A stretch of 64,000 nt of DNA from Eledone cirrhosa (GCA_964016885.1 OZ024742.1:338892001-338956000), one strand, 5' to 3'. Counted from the stretch's first letter, positions 13,066 through 27,164 are shown. The notes: a model not told the origin generated them from the letters alone. Program-made: numbers and translations.

Positions 13066-13387
13066 TAGTGTTGGTAAAGCTCCCTATCTCTCCTTCCAAC
13101 TTTCATGTTCTGGATATTCCACTAGATCAAGGGAGAGAGGATCAAGAGAATATAGGCACCTAACACTATTAGCGAAAGTAAGGTATATACTATCAAACCA
13201 TACTCGATTAGTAGTGACAGTTGTAGTTTTTGTTTTGTTTTTGTATGATATTCAAGATGGCGTATTGTAAAATATATTTAATTTAGAGAAGTTACATCCA
13301 TTTGTTTTTGTTTAAGTTTTGGAGAATCATTATGTATGCTTCTTCTGCAGTGTTCATTACTTTTTATGGTATCATGTGTGAATGGTG

Positions 13388-13431
13388 CTATATATGATAT
13401 ATATATATATTATATATATATATATTATATA

Positions 13432-13520
<89 letters not shown>

Positions 13521-13623
13521 ATGTATATATGATATGTATATATATATTTCCCCCATTCATTCCTCTCATCACTCTTTACTTTCTATTTATCTTCTACCCC
13601 CTCTCTCTTTCTCTCTCTCTCTC

Positions 13624-13675
<52 letters not shown>
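13388..13675. repeat. (TA)n/(TC)n microsatellites
   Basis: Directly visible. Confidence 0.93.
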
Positions 13676-14480
<805 letters not shown>

Positions 14481-14943
14481 TGGCGTTGCTCTTTCTTCTA
14501 TCTGCTATCTTCACTCTGTTACTTTAGTGTTGTTACTTTCTATTTTTTGCTTTTCGTTTTTGTATTAGATTTTCTAAGATTTCTGTCTTCTACTCATTAA
14601 CATTATATTTAGTTAGGATTTCATTCTCCTTTCCCGGCGAACCTATTGCTCTCTTTTCCTCTCAGTGGATGTGTTTGTGGCTCTATCTATCTTTAGAGTC
14701 TATTCTGTGATTTATTTACTGGCTTCAGTTATTGCACTGAGGACAATAATGGAAGACAATCTCCAAGGTTTGGATAGTAGTCGATTGTATCGATCTCAGT
14801 TCTTATTTCAGTCTGTTATCGATCTAGGATTTTTCAGATTGTTAAGTTAGGACTTTTCACATATCAGCGATTTTTACATAAACACAGACACGGCCACAAA
14901 TATAGACTCACCGACCCACACATTCAAATATGATATCCCCCCC

Positions 14944-14976
<33 letters not shown>

Positions 14977-15131
14977 CTTTTTTTTTTATTCAATTGAAGA
15001 AAGTTGAATGAAAATCTGCCGACTTTTTCTTAACAGATTCTTAACAGAAAAGCATGCCACGATTTTTGTTCATCCGGAGTTTTATTATAATAATAAACAA
15101 GAAAGACGATTTCATTTGTATATCCCTATTT

Positions 15132-15205
15132 AATTTGTTATACGTATTTCAAAGACGCAAGGCAGTTGCATATCAACTGCCTTACGTGTTCTTTTCAAAA
15201 TAATT
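15132..15205 (-). ncRNA. Degenerate hammerhead remnant (probable inverted pLTR of PLE-3)
   Basis: Minus strand: TTGAAAA (decayed CTGANGA), 14-bp stem ACGTAAGGCAGTTG/CAACTGCCTTGCGT, GAAA-TACGTA-TA; stem I poor. Confidence 0.45.
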
Positions 15206-15214
15206 CAAAATAAT

Positions 15215-17012
15215 TTAGCACCGCCTAAACCCGACTTAGTAAGAGCATACTATACAGGATCATACCACCATTAAAGCTGAGGACCCAACTAAAACTATGG
15301 AATGGAACCAACGAGGTTATTGAATGGTTCACCGAACTAGAAAACAAAAATAGGACTAAATTCCTACAAATGGCCATAGCTAGCTATTACTCATCAATTT
15401 CACCAATACTACTCAATAAGGCCCTGATATACGCAATGATGTATACGGATCTTCCTAGTGAGGAAGTTAACATTATTCTAATGGGCAGAAAAACGGAAAT
15501 AGAATTCAACGGGGGATTATGGACTAGAGCGGACAGATCTGAAAACTTCGACATCTCTATGGGATCTACAGACTCAGCTCAGGTTACGGATCTTGTGGGA
15601 GTTTACAATCTTACACCTAATCAAAAGAAAGATGCCGGAAACTGGGCGGGGGTTTGTACCGCGATGACACTCTTTTCACTTTAATTAACCATAACAATAG
15701 TGCCCTAAATAGGAAAACGAAAATAATAATAGATTTTTTAAAACAATTACGGTCTTAAGCTAGAAATAGGAAATAACAATCGAATGGCCAACTTCCTCGA
15801 CATAATTCTGGCCTAAAATTAAATGAAAACCTCAATTATGTTAGCTACTTCTCAAACCACCCTAGAAACGTTAAGAAGCCCATAGTCAATAGTGTAGAAC
15901 AGAGAATCTCTAGACTCTCAACTAACAGGGAAATCTTCGATGACAAGTCTAGCTACTATAAGAATGCATTAGCTAGAGCAGGTTACCAGGCTAGCTACTA
16001 TAAGAATGCATTAGCTAGAGCAGGTTACCATGACAAAATTGAGTGCATGTATATAGATAGAAACAATTACACACCCACTCATAGACACAAACAAACCAAA
16101 GATATAAACACTAACATACACACAATTAACGATAATGGAAATAATAGGGGTACTCGAACCCAAAACAATAGAGACAGGACAAACTTGGCTCCAAATAGAT
16201 ATAATTCAAATACCTCCATAAAGTTAAATAAGAGAGTGAGATCCCGCTCTGTTCTGTGGTACAATCCACCCCACTCCTTAGGACTACAAAATAACATAGC
16301 TAGGCCTTTTTCAACGCATTAGATAAATGTTTTCCTACATCATATAAATACAGTCAAATCTGTAATCGACACACAATTAAACTTTCCTACTCGACAACCA
16401 AAAGTATAGCCCAGAATATAACGAAAATTAACAATAGAAATCTGAGAATTAAACATAAAGAGACAACCCACAATAGCAAGCACAGAAACATTGATAGATT
16501 ACACAGCAACTCGAATAACAGGGATAACAATATTAACACAAATGAGATAAACTAACGGACACACAGACACAGGGAGGGAACAATGAATGGTAACGTAAAT
16601 AATTGCAATTAAAGAAATCGGAATAGTTGCCCAATGAAAAATAACTGTTTAGAGAAAAATATTGTTTATGAATGTGAAGTAAAAACTAGTAGTAAGACTT
16701 ATAGATATATTGATGCAACTTCTACTAGATTTAAGGAAAGGTGGTATAACTATCGCTACTCATTTAAAAGAGCTGATAAAAGATCTGATTTCGTGGCTAA
16801 AAAATAAACAAGTGGAATACTCCCTTTGTTGGTCAAAACTATCACATACTTTTCCCTGTATAAATGGATCTATATCTAGTGGGTGTGAACTCTGTACTAC
16901 TGAGACTCTACACATCATAAATAGTAGACATAAAATTATTAATAAATGCTCTGAAAATTTTAATTCTTGCTTACTCAAAATGAATAAGACATTTCGTCGT
17001 GTATATAGTTAA
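15215..17012 (+). pseudogene. Degraded Naiad-type PLE RT + GIY-YIG (PLE-3)
   Basis: Collinear with PLE-2: LWNGTNEVIEWF, YYSSISP, FDISMGSTDSAQVTDLVG, LYRDD (frameshifted), NFLDI, SNHP, WYNPP, NCN*R..CPMKNNCL-IVY..YI, CELC. Confidence 0.88.
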
Positions 17013-17189
17013 AACTTAAATAATGTCAAATAGACCACCAAATAATTAATTAAACATTCATTAATATATAGATACATTATAACATCAGCATAAAAGTACA
17101 CATATCTAAAATTAGAATTAGTATCTAAGTGAATAAAATCTAGTAGAAAAAAATCAAAATAGAATAACAGTTCATACATGCCTCACTAT

Positions 17190-17397
17190 TGGATTGGCAA
17201 TATCGGTAGAGCGCCGGACACCCTGCTTTGTGGCATAGAGGTACGGCCCTTTACGTTCTGAGTTCAAATCCCACCGAGGTTAGCTTTGCCTTTAAACCTT
17301 ATTGGGTCGATAAAATAAAATACCAGTAATGTACTGGAGTTGATTTAATCGACTTTCCCTCCCGCACAGTTGTTGGTCTTGTGCCTAAATCAGAAAC
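17190..17397 (+). mobile_element. tRNA-derived SINE (family A)
   Basis: Aligns along its length to 12697-12910. Confidence 0.85.
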
Positions 17398-17817
17398 CAT
17401 TATTTGCATATTTATGATTTCGTCTTGTTTTCGTTATTCCACATACAGCAGATCATATTAGTTATTGTGGTTTTGCGCCTTTTTATCTTATTTAAAATTA
17501 ATGTAATACTTCTGTTCGGCCATTTTGAATCTTTACGATGTTGTTGTATTCTACCGACATCTTCCTAAATATTTCATTCGTGTTTGATATATTTTTAATT
17601 TTTATTTATCTCAAGATTTAGATACTTTCATATATTGATTGCATTATTTTAATGCTTATATTTTTGCTTAATAATCCGGTTTTCCAATTTAGAACCTCGA
17701 TTATATCGCTTTCAAACAAATAGAAGCATATATTTTTATATTTCTTCTTCAAGTTTCGTATTGCCCTTTAGTAATGTTCTTGTTGAATTTCATATTCTGG
17801 TTATCTTAATATGTTGG

Positions 17818-18195
<378 letters not shown>

Positions 18196-18410
18196 GTAGA
18201 AGAGATATTTAATTTGTTGGAAATCCAACAAATATAGATGTTTATAACTGATTCAGAGCACTCGACAGTTTTTGGAGTATCTTTCCTTTTTTCAATCATA
18301 AAAACTTTTTACACATAACTCTGTTAATTTAAACCTTATCAATTGTAACTACCTGTTTATTTACATAAAATCAACATCACTAGTAACTTATATTATGAAC
18401 AACCACCTAT

Positions 18411-18441
<31 letters not shown>

Positions 18442-19846
18442 TAAATCAACATCCATCGTAACTCATATTATAAACAAACTACCCTTTTAATAAAACATAC
18501 ATATGCTATTATTAAAATATATATAGATATTTATATTTTATTATAATAAGATGAATAATTCTCCATATAAATATAGATAAATGTCTGAATATATTTCCCC
18601 TAAATTAACCTTTAAGTGGTCTTCCTTTTCCTTCTTCTTAGCTTCCTTCTTCTTTAACAATTTTTGTTTGATAATTTATATAGCTTCGTTAAATTAACAA
18701 TATTCTGAAAACATTCTCAATGTTGAAAAACTTTTGAATCCACAAATTATTCTAATCTCACAACTTGAAAATAAAATTTCAACATCCTTCGTAACTCATA
18801 TTTGTTTATATAAACAATCAATACATACGCAACTTATTAATATATATATATATATATATTTATATACATATAACCTATCCTAATATAATAAGATAAAAAT
18901 ACTTATATAGTTTATCTCATTTGTGTTAATGTTGTTATCCCTGTTATTCGAGTTGCTGTGTAATCTATCAATGTTTCTGTGCTTGCTATTGTGGGTTGTC
19001 TCTTTATGTTTAATTCCCAGATTTCTATTGTTAATTTTCGTTATATTCTGGGCTATGCTTTTGGTTGTCGAGTAGGAAAGTTTAATTGTGTGTCGATTAA
19101 AGATTTGACTGTATTTATATGATTTAGGAAAACATTTATCTAATGCGTTGAAAAAAGCCTAGCTATGTTATTTTGAAGTCCTAAGGAGTGGGGTGGATTG
19201 TACCACAGAACAGAGCGGGATCTCACCCTCTTATTTAACTTTATGGAGGTATTTGAATTATATATATTCTCAATGTTGAAAAATTTTTGAATCCACAAAT
19301 TATTCTAATCTCACAACTTGAAAATAAAATTTCAACATCCTTCGTAACTCATATTTGTTTATATAAACAATCAATACATACGCAACTTATTAATATATAC
19401 ATATAACCTATCCTAATATAATAAGATAAAAATACTTACAACCATAAGTCTTCATATAATTTATATACAATATTATAACTCATAATATACGTAACAAAAT
19501 TCCCCCCCCCAAATTAACGTTATTCCTCTCTCTTTCTCTTCCTTCCTTATCATAATTATTTTAATTTTCCATAGCGTCTAAAATAACGTTTTTTCAACCC
19601 TTTAATATAAACATCATTTGCATACTCATATTAATAATTTTAAATACCTGACTTTTCTTCTCTCTACCCTTCACTTTCCAGGTATAACTTGAACCGTTAA
19701 GGTATATTATCCTTGGTCATGTAAAATATTTATAAAACATTTTGTATTTTATCTGATGATAGCGTACCCAAATTGTTGGTACCCTTGAAATATATATAAT
19801 AAAATAAATATAGTTTTATAAATATAGTTTCCATTTATTTAATATC
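18196..19846 (+). mobile_element. Non-coding PLE derivative related to PLE-1, rearranged
   Basis: 18205-18282 resembles 265-345; 19735-19846 resembles 2770-2880 including hammerhead; carries a 356-bp inverted insert from PLE-3. Confidence 0.72.
19746..19805 (+). ncRNA. Type I minimal hammerhead ribozyme
   Basis: ATTTTAT-CTGATGA-TAGCGTACC..GGTACCCTT-GAAA-TATATA-TA-ATAAAAT; perfect stem I; pairing retained despite differences from the 2778 copy. Confidence 0.82.
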
Positions 19847-19961
19847 ATTGAATTATATATATATAAAATATTTCTTTCTTCCTAATAATCGTCTTTTTCT
19901 CCCTATTTACATATATATATATATATATATATTCCAACTCGTGTGCTCCTTCTCCACATTT

Positions 19962-20025
<64 letters not shown>

Positions 20026-20464
20026 TATAAAATGTGGAGAAGGAGCACACGAGTTGGAAAATATATGTAAATAGGGAGAAAAAGACGATTATTAGGAAGA
20101 AAAAAATATTTTTTTCCCTTTATTTTTTCTCTTTTTTCTGGGTTAGATAATGTTTAAAACAATATTTTACTTTGTGTGAAGTGTTAAGGTATTAGTTAAT
20201 TTATTTATTAATTAACAGTGGCATTTATTTATTTATTTATATATTTAATAATTGTCTATTACCGGTTTCAGCATTTTATGCATTATCATTATTGGTATAA
20301 AATGTATTGGTATAAAATGTCGGAGAGAAAATATGGTGGTGTTGAACATGTTAAGGATATGGGAAAGAAAGACTAATATTATTTACAGGCATAGTTCTTG
20401 AGGATAAGCAGTTCAAAAAGTGTTATTATGGCAAGAACGCTTGGTTGGTCCATGATGGAAGTGT

Positions 20465-20686
20465 ATGACCGTCCATAGATCACAAATCAAAATAGAGGAA
20501 TACAGAAAGATTGCTTTTAGTGAGCATATCGCCAATTGTGCACCTAACCAACATCCAAACTTTAAAATATTCCCCATTTACAAATTCATAGACAACGCTT
20601 CTTTCATCCATCGTACCAATAAGGAAACATACTTCATTAACAAATTCCAACCTATACTTAATGGCCTTAACTTCGGACTAAACTAA
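20465..20686 (+). pseudogene. GIY-YIG endonuclease C-terminal fragment
   Basis: H...H..C...R..KE..FI....P.LN pattern typical of PLE endonucleases. Confidence 0.75.
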
Positions 20687-21157
20687 AACTGGAACGAACA
20701 ATGAACCAAAGCCCCAAATTCCTATGTTTTTTAAAGAGTTACCTCCCTTACACCCTACCTAATCCTTTTTCTTATATAAATGAATTACCCCTTCTCATCT
20801 CTCCCTCCCCTACCCAACCACCCTGAATTACATCCTCTGCGCATTAACTCTCTAAAAAGGGAAAACATAACCAACCCCAGACTACCATTTGCCTCCATCA
20901 TGGATCAACCAAGCGCTCTTGCCATAATAACACTTTTTGAACTGCTTATCCTCAAGAACTATGCCTGTAAATAATATTATTCTTTCTTTCCCATTACCTT
21001 ATCATGTGCCACATCACCCCTTTTTTTTTCTCTTTTTTCTTTTTACTTCAAAAACCCTGTTTGTAAATAATATTATTCTTTCTTTCCCATTTCCTTAACA
21101 TGTTCAACACCACCTTATCTTCTCTCCAACATTTTATATCAATACAAAATCCCCCCT

Positions 21158-21196
21158 TTGATAATGCATAAAATGCTGAAACCGGTAATAGACAAT
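21158..21196 (+). ncRNA. Degenerate minimal hammerhead
   Basis: TTGATAA-TGCATAAAATGCT-GAAA-CCGG-TA; core mutated, no stem I partner; mirror copy near 20252-20290 on the minus strand. Confidence 0.5.
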
Positions 21197-21420
21197 TATT
21201 AAATATATAAATAAATAAATAAATAGATAAATGCCACTGTTAATTAATAAATAAATTAACTAATACCTTAACACTTCACACAAAGTAAAATATTTTGTTT
21301 TAAACATTTTCTAACCCAGAAAAAAGAGAAAAAAATAAAGGGAAAAGAAAGAATTTTCTTCCTGATAATCGTCCTTTTCTCCCTATATATATATATAAGG
21401 AAGCATATATATATAAGGAA

Positions 21421-21846
21421 GCATGCCCACTTGAAAACAAATGCCTCACAAATGACATCGTATACAAATGCGATGTCATCTCAGGCACCGAGGATTGCAA
21501 AAAAACTTACATCGGCATGACCTCCAACAACTTTAAGACCCGTTGGTATGCCCATACCCACTCCTTCAGAAGACCGGATAAATCAAATCAGACAACACTC
21601 GCCTCCTACGTTTGGGACCTCAAAAGGAACTCCACCCCCTTCACGCTTAATTGGAAAATACTCCAGAAAGCGCGCTCTTACAACGGAGGACACAAGGGCT
21701 GCGACCTTTGTATTTCAGAGAGCTACGAAATTTTATTCGCCAAGGGCCCGCTACTGAACAAACTCTCTGAACATTGCCCGAACTGCATGCACAAGAACTT
21801 TGCAACTTTCAAACACTTTAAGCCAGTGTTAAAGCCCGATGGCTAA
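21421..21846 (+). pseudogene. PLE GIY-YIG endonuclease domain, open frame, 5'-truncated
   Basis: ACPLENKCLTNDIVYKC..TYIGMTSNNFKTRWYAHTHSF..TLASYVWDLK..WKIL..CDLCISE..LLNK..CMH. Confidence 0.9.
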
Positions 21847-22019
21847 AAACGACCTCCCCCTATTGGCCCCTATACCTCCTCCCCACCCTACCCCCACCCC
21901 TCCTCAACCTGAAATACGGCCACTATGGTTATGTGAGTACCTCTTTCGTATCTACATTTTCTGCCTGTAGAGGTGTCTTTATGTGCCTGCGTATATGCGT
22001 ATATTTATTGAGTACCTAT

Positions 22020-22062
22020 TTATTTGTATGTGTATATATTTGTTTGTATGTGTGTATATGTA

Positions 22063-22106
<44 letters not shown>

Positions 22107-22261
22107 TGTGTGTATATGTGTTTTATGTGTGTATATTTATGTATCTATATGTATGTATATATGTGTATATATATGTATATATATATATATATGTGTATGT
22201 ATGTGTATGTATGTATGTATGTATGTGTATGTATGTATGTATGTTTATGTATATGTATGTG

Positions 22262-22328
<67 letters not shown>

Positions 22329-22333
22329 GTATG

Positions 22334-22426
<93 letters not shown>

Positions 22427-22452
22427 GTATGTATGTGTGTGCGTGTGTGTAT

Positions 22453-22483
<31 letters not shown>

Positions 22484-22501
22484 GTTGTGTGGGCAGGTGT
22501 G

Positions 22502-22534
<33 letters not shown>

Positions 22535-22561
22535 ATTTGTATATATATATGTATGTATATA

Positions 22562-22636
<75 letters not shown>

Positions 22637-22707
22637 ATGTGTGTATATATGTGTATATATATATATATGTCTGTGTATATGTATGTGTGTATGTGTGTAT
22701 ATGTGTG

Positions 22708-22757
<50 letters not shown>

Positions 22758-22823
22758 CGTGAGAGAGAGAGTGTGTATATATATTTGTGTGTGTGTGTGT
22801 GTATGTGTGTATGCGCGTGTGTG

Positions 22824-22913
<90 letters not shown>

Positions 22914-23003
22914 CGTGTGTGTATATATGCGTTATATGTCTGTATATATATGTGTATATTTATGTATAGATCTGTGTATGTATGTGTATGTTTGTATATG
23001 TAT

Positions 23004-23059
<56 letters not shown>

Positions 23060-23086
23060 ATAGATATTTATACATATGCATGTGTA

Positions 23087-23121
<35 letters not shown>

Positions 23122-23210
23122 GTGTGTATATATATGTGTGTGCGTGTATATATATGTGTGTGTATTTGTATGTATATCTATATATATAAATGTATGTATA
23201 TATATATCTA

Positions 23211-23295
<85 letters not shown>

Positions 23296-23642
23296 GTATA
23301 TTTGTGTGTGTGTATGTATGTATGTGTGTGTATATTTTTATTTTTATATATATCTATATATTTGTGTGTATGTATATATATATATATACATATATATATG
23401 TGTATGTGCGTGTGTGTATGTGTGTATGTATATATATATGTATATGTGTGGGTGTGTGTATGTGTGTGTGTATATATATATATATGTATATATATGTGTG
23501 TATATATATATATATATGTGTATGTGTGTGTATATGTGTATATATGCGTATGTATATGTATATATATATATATATGTATGTATGGTGCTTTTTCCTTATA
23601 TATGTGTGTATATATATATGTGTATGTGTGTGTATATGTGTA

Positions 23643-23713
<71 letters not shown>

Positions 23714-23754
23714 ATGTATGTGTGTGTGTGTGTTTGTATGTGTATATATTTGTT

Positions 23755-23807
<53 letters not shown>

Positions 23808-23942
23808 ATGTATGTATATATGTATGTGGTTATATATATGAATGTGTATATATATATATGTATATGTGTATATATATGTGTGTGTGTGTTTGTGTGTATG
23901 TGTCTGTATATGTATATATATGTGTGTGTATGTTTTTTTTAA

Positions 23943-23974
<32 letters not shown>

Positions 23975-23979
23975 ATGTA

Positions 23980-24026
<47 letters not shown>

Positions 24027-24337
24027 GTATATATATATGTATATATATATAATTAAGTTAAAAATGTACATCTACATATGCATACTGAAATACTAGTGTG
24101 CATATGAATACACACACGTATACATATGTAGGTGTAACAAGTCTTTCACTGGTTGCTTTACTGTGAGCAACTCAGCTATTCTGTATGTAAACACACAGAC
24201 AAACCGGTTTTTAGAGTCATACTGGTTTTCGAGGGAACACCTTCCCTCTATTCTCCATATATATATATATATATGTATACGTATGTGTGTGTGTGTATAT
24301 ATGTGTGTATGTGTGTATGTGTGTATGTGTGTGTGTA

Positions 24338-24408
<71 letters not shown>

Positions 24409-24541
24409 ATATGTGTCTGTGTATGTGTATGTATATATGTCTATATGTATTTATTTGTGTATATATGTGTGTGTGTGTATGTATGTGTATGTGTGTGTGT
24501 ATGTGTATATATATATATGTGTGTGTATATATGTGTATATA

Positions 24542-24616
<75 letters not shown>

Positions 24617-24720
24617 GTATGTGTGTATGTATGTGTGTGTACATGAATATATTTTTATATATGTGTGTGTGTTTTTATGTGTGTATATGTGTTTGTGTGT
24701 GTGTTTATGGTTGCGCGTAA
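22020..24720. repeat. About 2.7 kb compound (TA)n/(TG)n/(TATG)n microsatellite with a unique interruption at about 24050-24257
   Basis: Directly visible; all overlapping Y/I/V/C/M-rich ORFs are artefacts. Confidence 0.97.
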
Positions 24721-25209
24721 GTGTGTGAGTGAGTATGTGTTTTTTTGTTTTTTTGTGAATGTGTCTGTTGATTTTTGGCATATAGTTGATTATTTTAAGA
24801 GAAGTTCGAAGATAATAGTAAGATATGCACTCAGTATTTTGAATCTGTCTGCAGAATTCTCTAGACCTTTATCACTTAGTAGAACCTTAATGATTTTAGC
24901 TTTTAAAGAATCTCCCTTTTCTTTAATTCTATCGACCATGACTGACCCCCCACTGATTTTATAGACATCTGTTAGCTTAAGAGAAACTTAATGACAAGGA
25001 ATGGTATGCCATCCGGAACCTGTTTATAGAATTCTGTCTGCCCTTGTTACTCTAAAAACATAAATAAATAAAAATAAACTATAGCTTTGTAGAATTAGCT
25101 TTTAATGAATTCCCTTTTCTATCAGCCAATGACCTGCACCCATCCCACTCCCCACCCTCTCCTACCACTTGTAGAGACCTATAAATACCATATTTATTTT
25201 TTGACACCC

Positions 25210-25260
25210 AGATTCCTGATGATTTCTAATGAATGAAACAGTTCTAGTCCTGTAGAATCT
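25210..25260 (+). ncRNA. Canonical type I hammerhead ribozyme
   Basis: AGATTC-CTGATGA-TTTC-TAAT-GAAT-GAAA-CAG-TTCTAGTC-CTG-TA-GAATCT: stem I 6 bp, stem II TTC/GAA, stem III ACAG/CTGT, GUA site at 25254. Confidence 0.9.
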
Positions 25261-25342
25261 CATCTATATTAAAACTTTTATACTCTGCTATGTATTGAGT
25301 ACCTTACTTACTGTGGTTACCTCCGATTCAACCCGGAATAAC

Positions 25343-25399
<57 letters not shown>

Positions 25400-25774
25400 G
25401 AAGGAAGTGTGGTAAGGAACCAGGTGGACGATAACGCACCAGAGTACTCTATACTTAGGGTAGTAGAGTGGGTAATAGGAAAAGAGTCAGGACCGCGACG
25501 GTTGAGCTCCGGCCGTTTAGACAGCTAGATCTGAACTATATATATATATTGCGCGCGCGCACACACACACACACACACATATATATACATATATACACGT
25601 GTCTCTCACTTTATCTATTTAGTCTTCCCACACAACTCTCTATTTATTCCGACACAGGTTTTGGACCAAGTGTACTGGAACATTGAAGTTGAACTGTATA
25701 CGTATTTTTATGGTTGTTTTAGCAGTGAAATAATTTGTCAAAATGTTCTGATTATAATTCCACAACTGAAATAT

Positions 25775-26095
25775 TCATCAAGATCATCATGATCATGATC
25801 ATGATCATAATCATCATCATCATCATCATCATAATCATCATCATCATCATCAACAACAACAACAACAACAACACCAACTGCAACAACGTAATTATTGTCA
25901 TCTTCGTCTTAAAGATCATGATCATCACCACCACCACCACCACCACCACCACCACCACCACCACCAACAACAACACCACCATCATCATCAACAACAGCGT
26001 CATTATTATCATCATCGTATTGAAGATCATCATCATGACCACCACCACCACCACCATCATCATCATCATTATAATCACCCCCATCACTACAACCC
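25775..26095. repeat. Compound trinucleotide repeat (ATC)n/(AAC)n/(ACC)n with a ~120-bp internal duplication
   Basis: Directly visible; AAC..CGT.ATTATT.TCATC.TCGT.TT.AAGATCAT occurs twice. Confidence 0.92.
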
Positions 26096-26197
26096 AAATT
26101 TACAATCATTTTGTGAAGTTTTGTGCAATTTTTTATCAAATTTCTCTGTGTTTAGTAAACAATTTCAACAAGGAGCTGTTCTTTGATTATCTGAATC

Positions 26198-26530
26198 GGC
26201 AGGCAGCAAATTGGCAGAGTCTTGAAACTTTGGATAGAATACTTCTTATTATTTATTGGCGGTATCGGTAGAAGGTTGGACGCCATGCTTTCTAGCATAG
26301 TTACGTCCCTTTACGGTCTGAGTTCAAATCCCGTCGAGGTTAACTTTGTCTTTCATCCTTACGGGGTCGATAAAATAAAGTACCAGTAATGTACTGGATA
26401 ATTGCTGGCCTTGTGCCAAAAGTGGAAACAATTATTTACTTCAGCTCTGTGTTGAAATCCCGCTGAGATCAACTCCCTCACATCATTTCGAAGTAGATAA
26501 ACAAAGTAGCAGTCCAGTATTGGGGGGACT
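26198..26530 (+). mobile_element. tRNA-derived SINE (family A) nested with a more diverged copy
   Basis: Two heads (TTGGCAGAGTC at about 26211; TTGGCGGTATCGG at about 26256), GAGTTCAAATCCC, conserved body; second body remnant 26440-26530. Confidence 0.8.
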
Positions 26531-26834
26531 TAATCTTTTCTCCCTTTCTATCTTCTTTCTCTGGAAGTAATTGGCTATTCTCAGACCTGGAGAAGGATGA
26601 ATTCCATCAAGTTTAAAATGCCCTTATAAACTTATTAAGAGGTCAGAGCCCCTGGATGGACATGAATGCGAAGATCTCGATTTAGTTTTTTTTTTAGTTG
26701 TTGACAGATACATTTGTACAGGTCACATCTGTAATAATACTAAAGACAGAAAAGATTTGCCTATGTCCCCACTTCCTTAGAACTCACTAACGATAACTTG
26801 TTTATAGACTGCTGTATCTTATAACAACACATGT

Positions 26835-26960
26835 GAAGGTGCTTGGTTCAGTGTTTAGTGGGTTTAGTACACAATTGTTAGGGTGTGTGTTTGTTGTTTA
26901 GCGGCGTGTTATGTCATTGAGCAACACACTTTATTTCATGTTCTTTCAGACCACTTAGGA
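26835..26960 (+). mobile_element. Diverged tRNA-derived SINE (family C)
   Basis: GAAGGTGCTTGGTTCAGTG head and TGTCATTGAGCAACACACTTTATTTCA, matching the TGTCCTTGAGCAAGACACTT-type post-tRNA motif; B-box decayed. Confidence 0.55.
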
Positions 26961-27164
26961 GACAAAAAACGCTCTACTTGTCACATACTGGATCATGTTG
27001 AAGCTCCCTGAGAACTTCGTAACAGTGTCTTAACTGTTTCAGATATATTCCCGTTAATTTACCAGTAGGCTGTTCCTTTGTTCGAGCAACAGGAACACTC
27101 ATTGTTAGATCAGATTGAGGTTCAACAAACAAAATAACACATACTCCTACAGACATTACAAACA

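Larger units (their letters stand above)
20020..21387 (+). mobile_element. 5'-truncated PLE (Neptune-like GIY-YIG C-terminus) with inverted pLTR
   Basis: 20072-20459 is an inverted repeat of about 20894-21387; centre encodes MTVHRSQI..FSEHIANC..FKIFPIYK..RTNKETYFINKFQPILN; degenerate hammerhead with GAAACCGGTA in both arms. Clade call is tentative. Confidence 0.8.
21420..25343 (+). mobile_element. 5'-truncated Naiad-type PLE with microsatellite-expanded 3' UTR (PLE-4)
   Basis: Endonuclease 21421-21846 and same-strand hammerhead terminus at 25210-25343; linkage across the microsatellites is inferred by analogy to PLE-1/2. Confidence 0.6.

Noticed and set aside
21933-24781. Long ORFs up to 605 aa rich in Y/I/V/C/M
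   Set aside because: Translations of TA/TG microsatellites, which lack stop codons; same for ORFs near 79, 2745-3536, 6762-7206, 13336, 14311, 17761.
25735-26271. Poly-I/N/T or poly-M/V protein
   Set aside because: Trinucleotide repeat translation with no domain or splice evidence.
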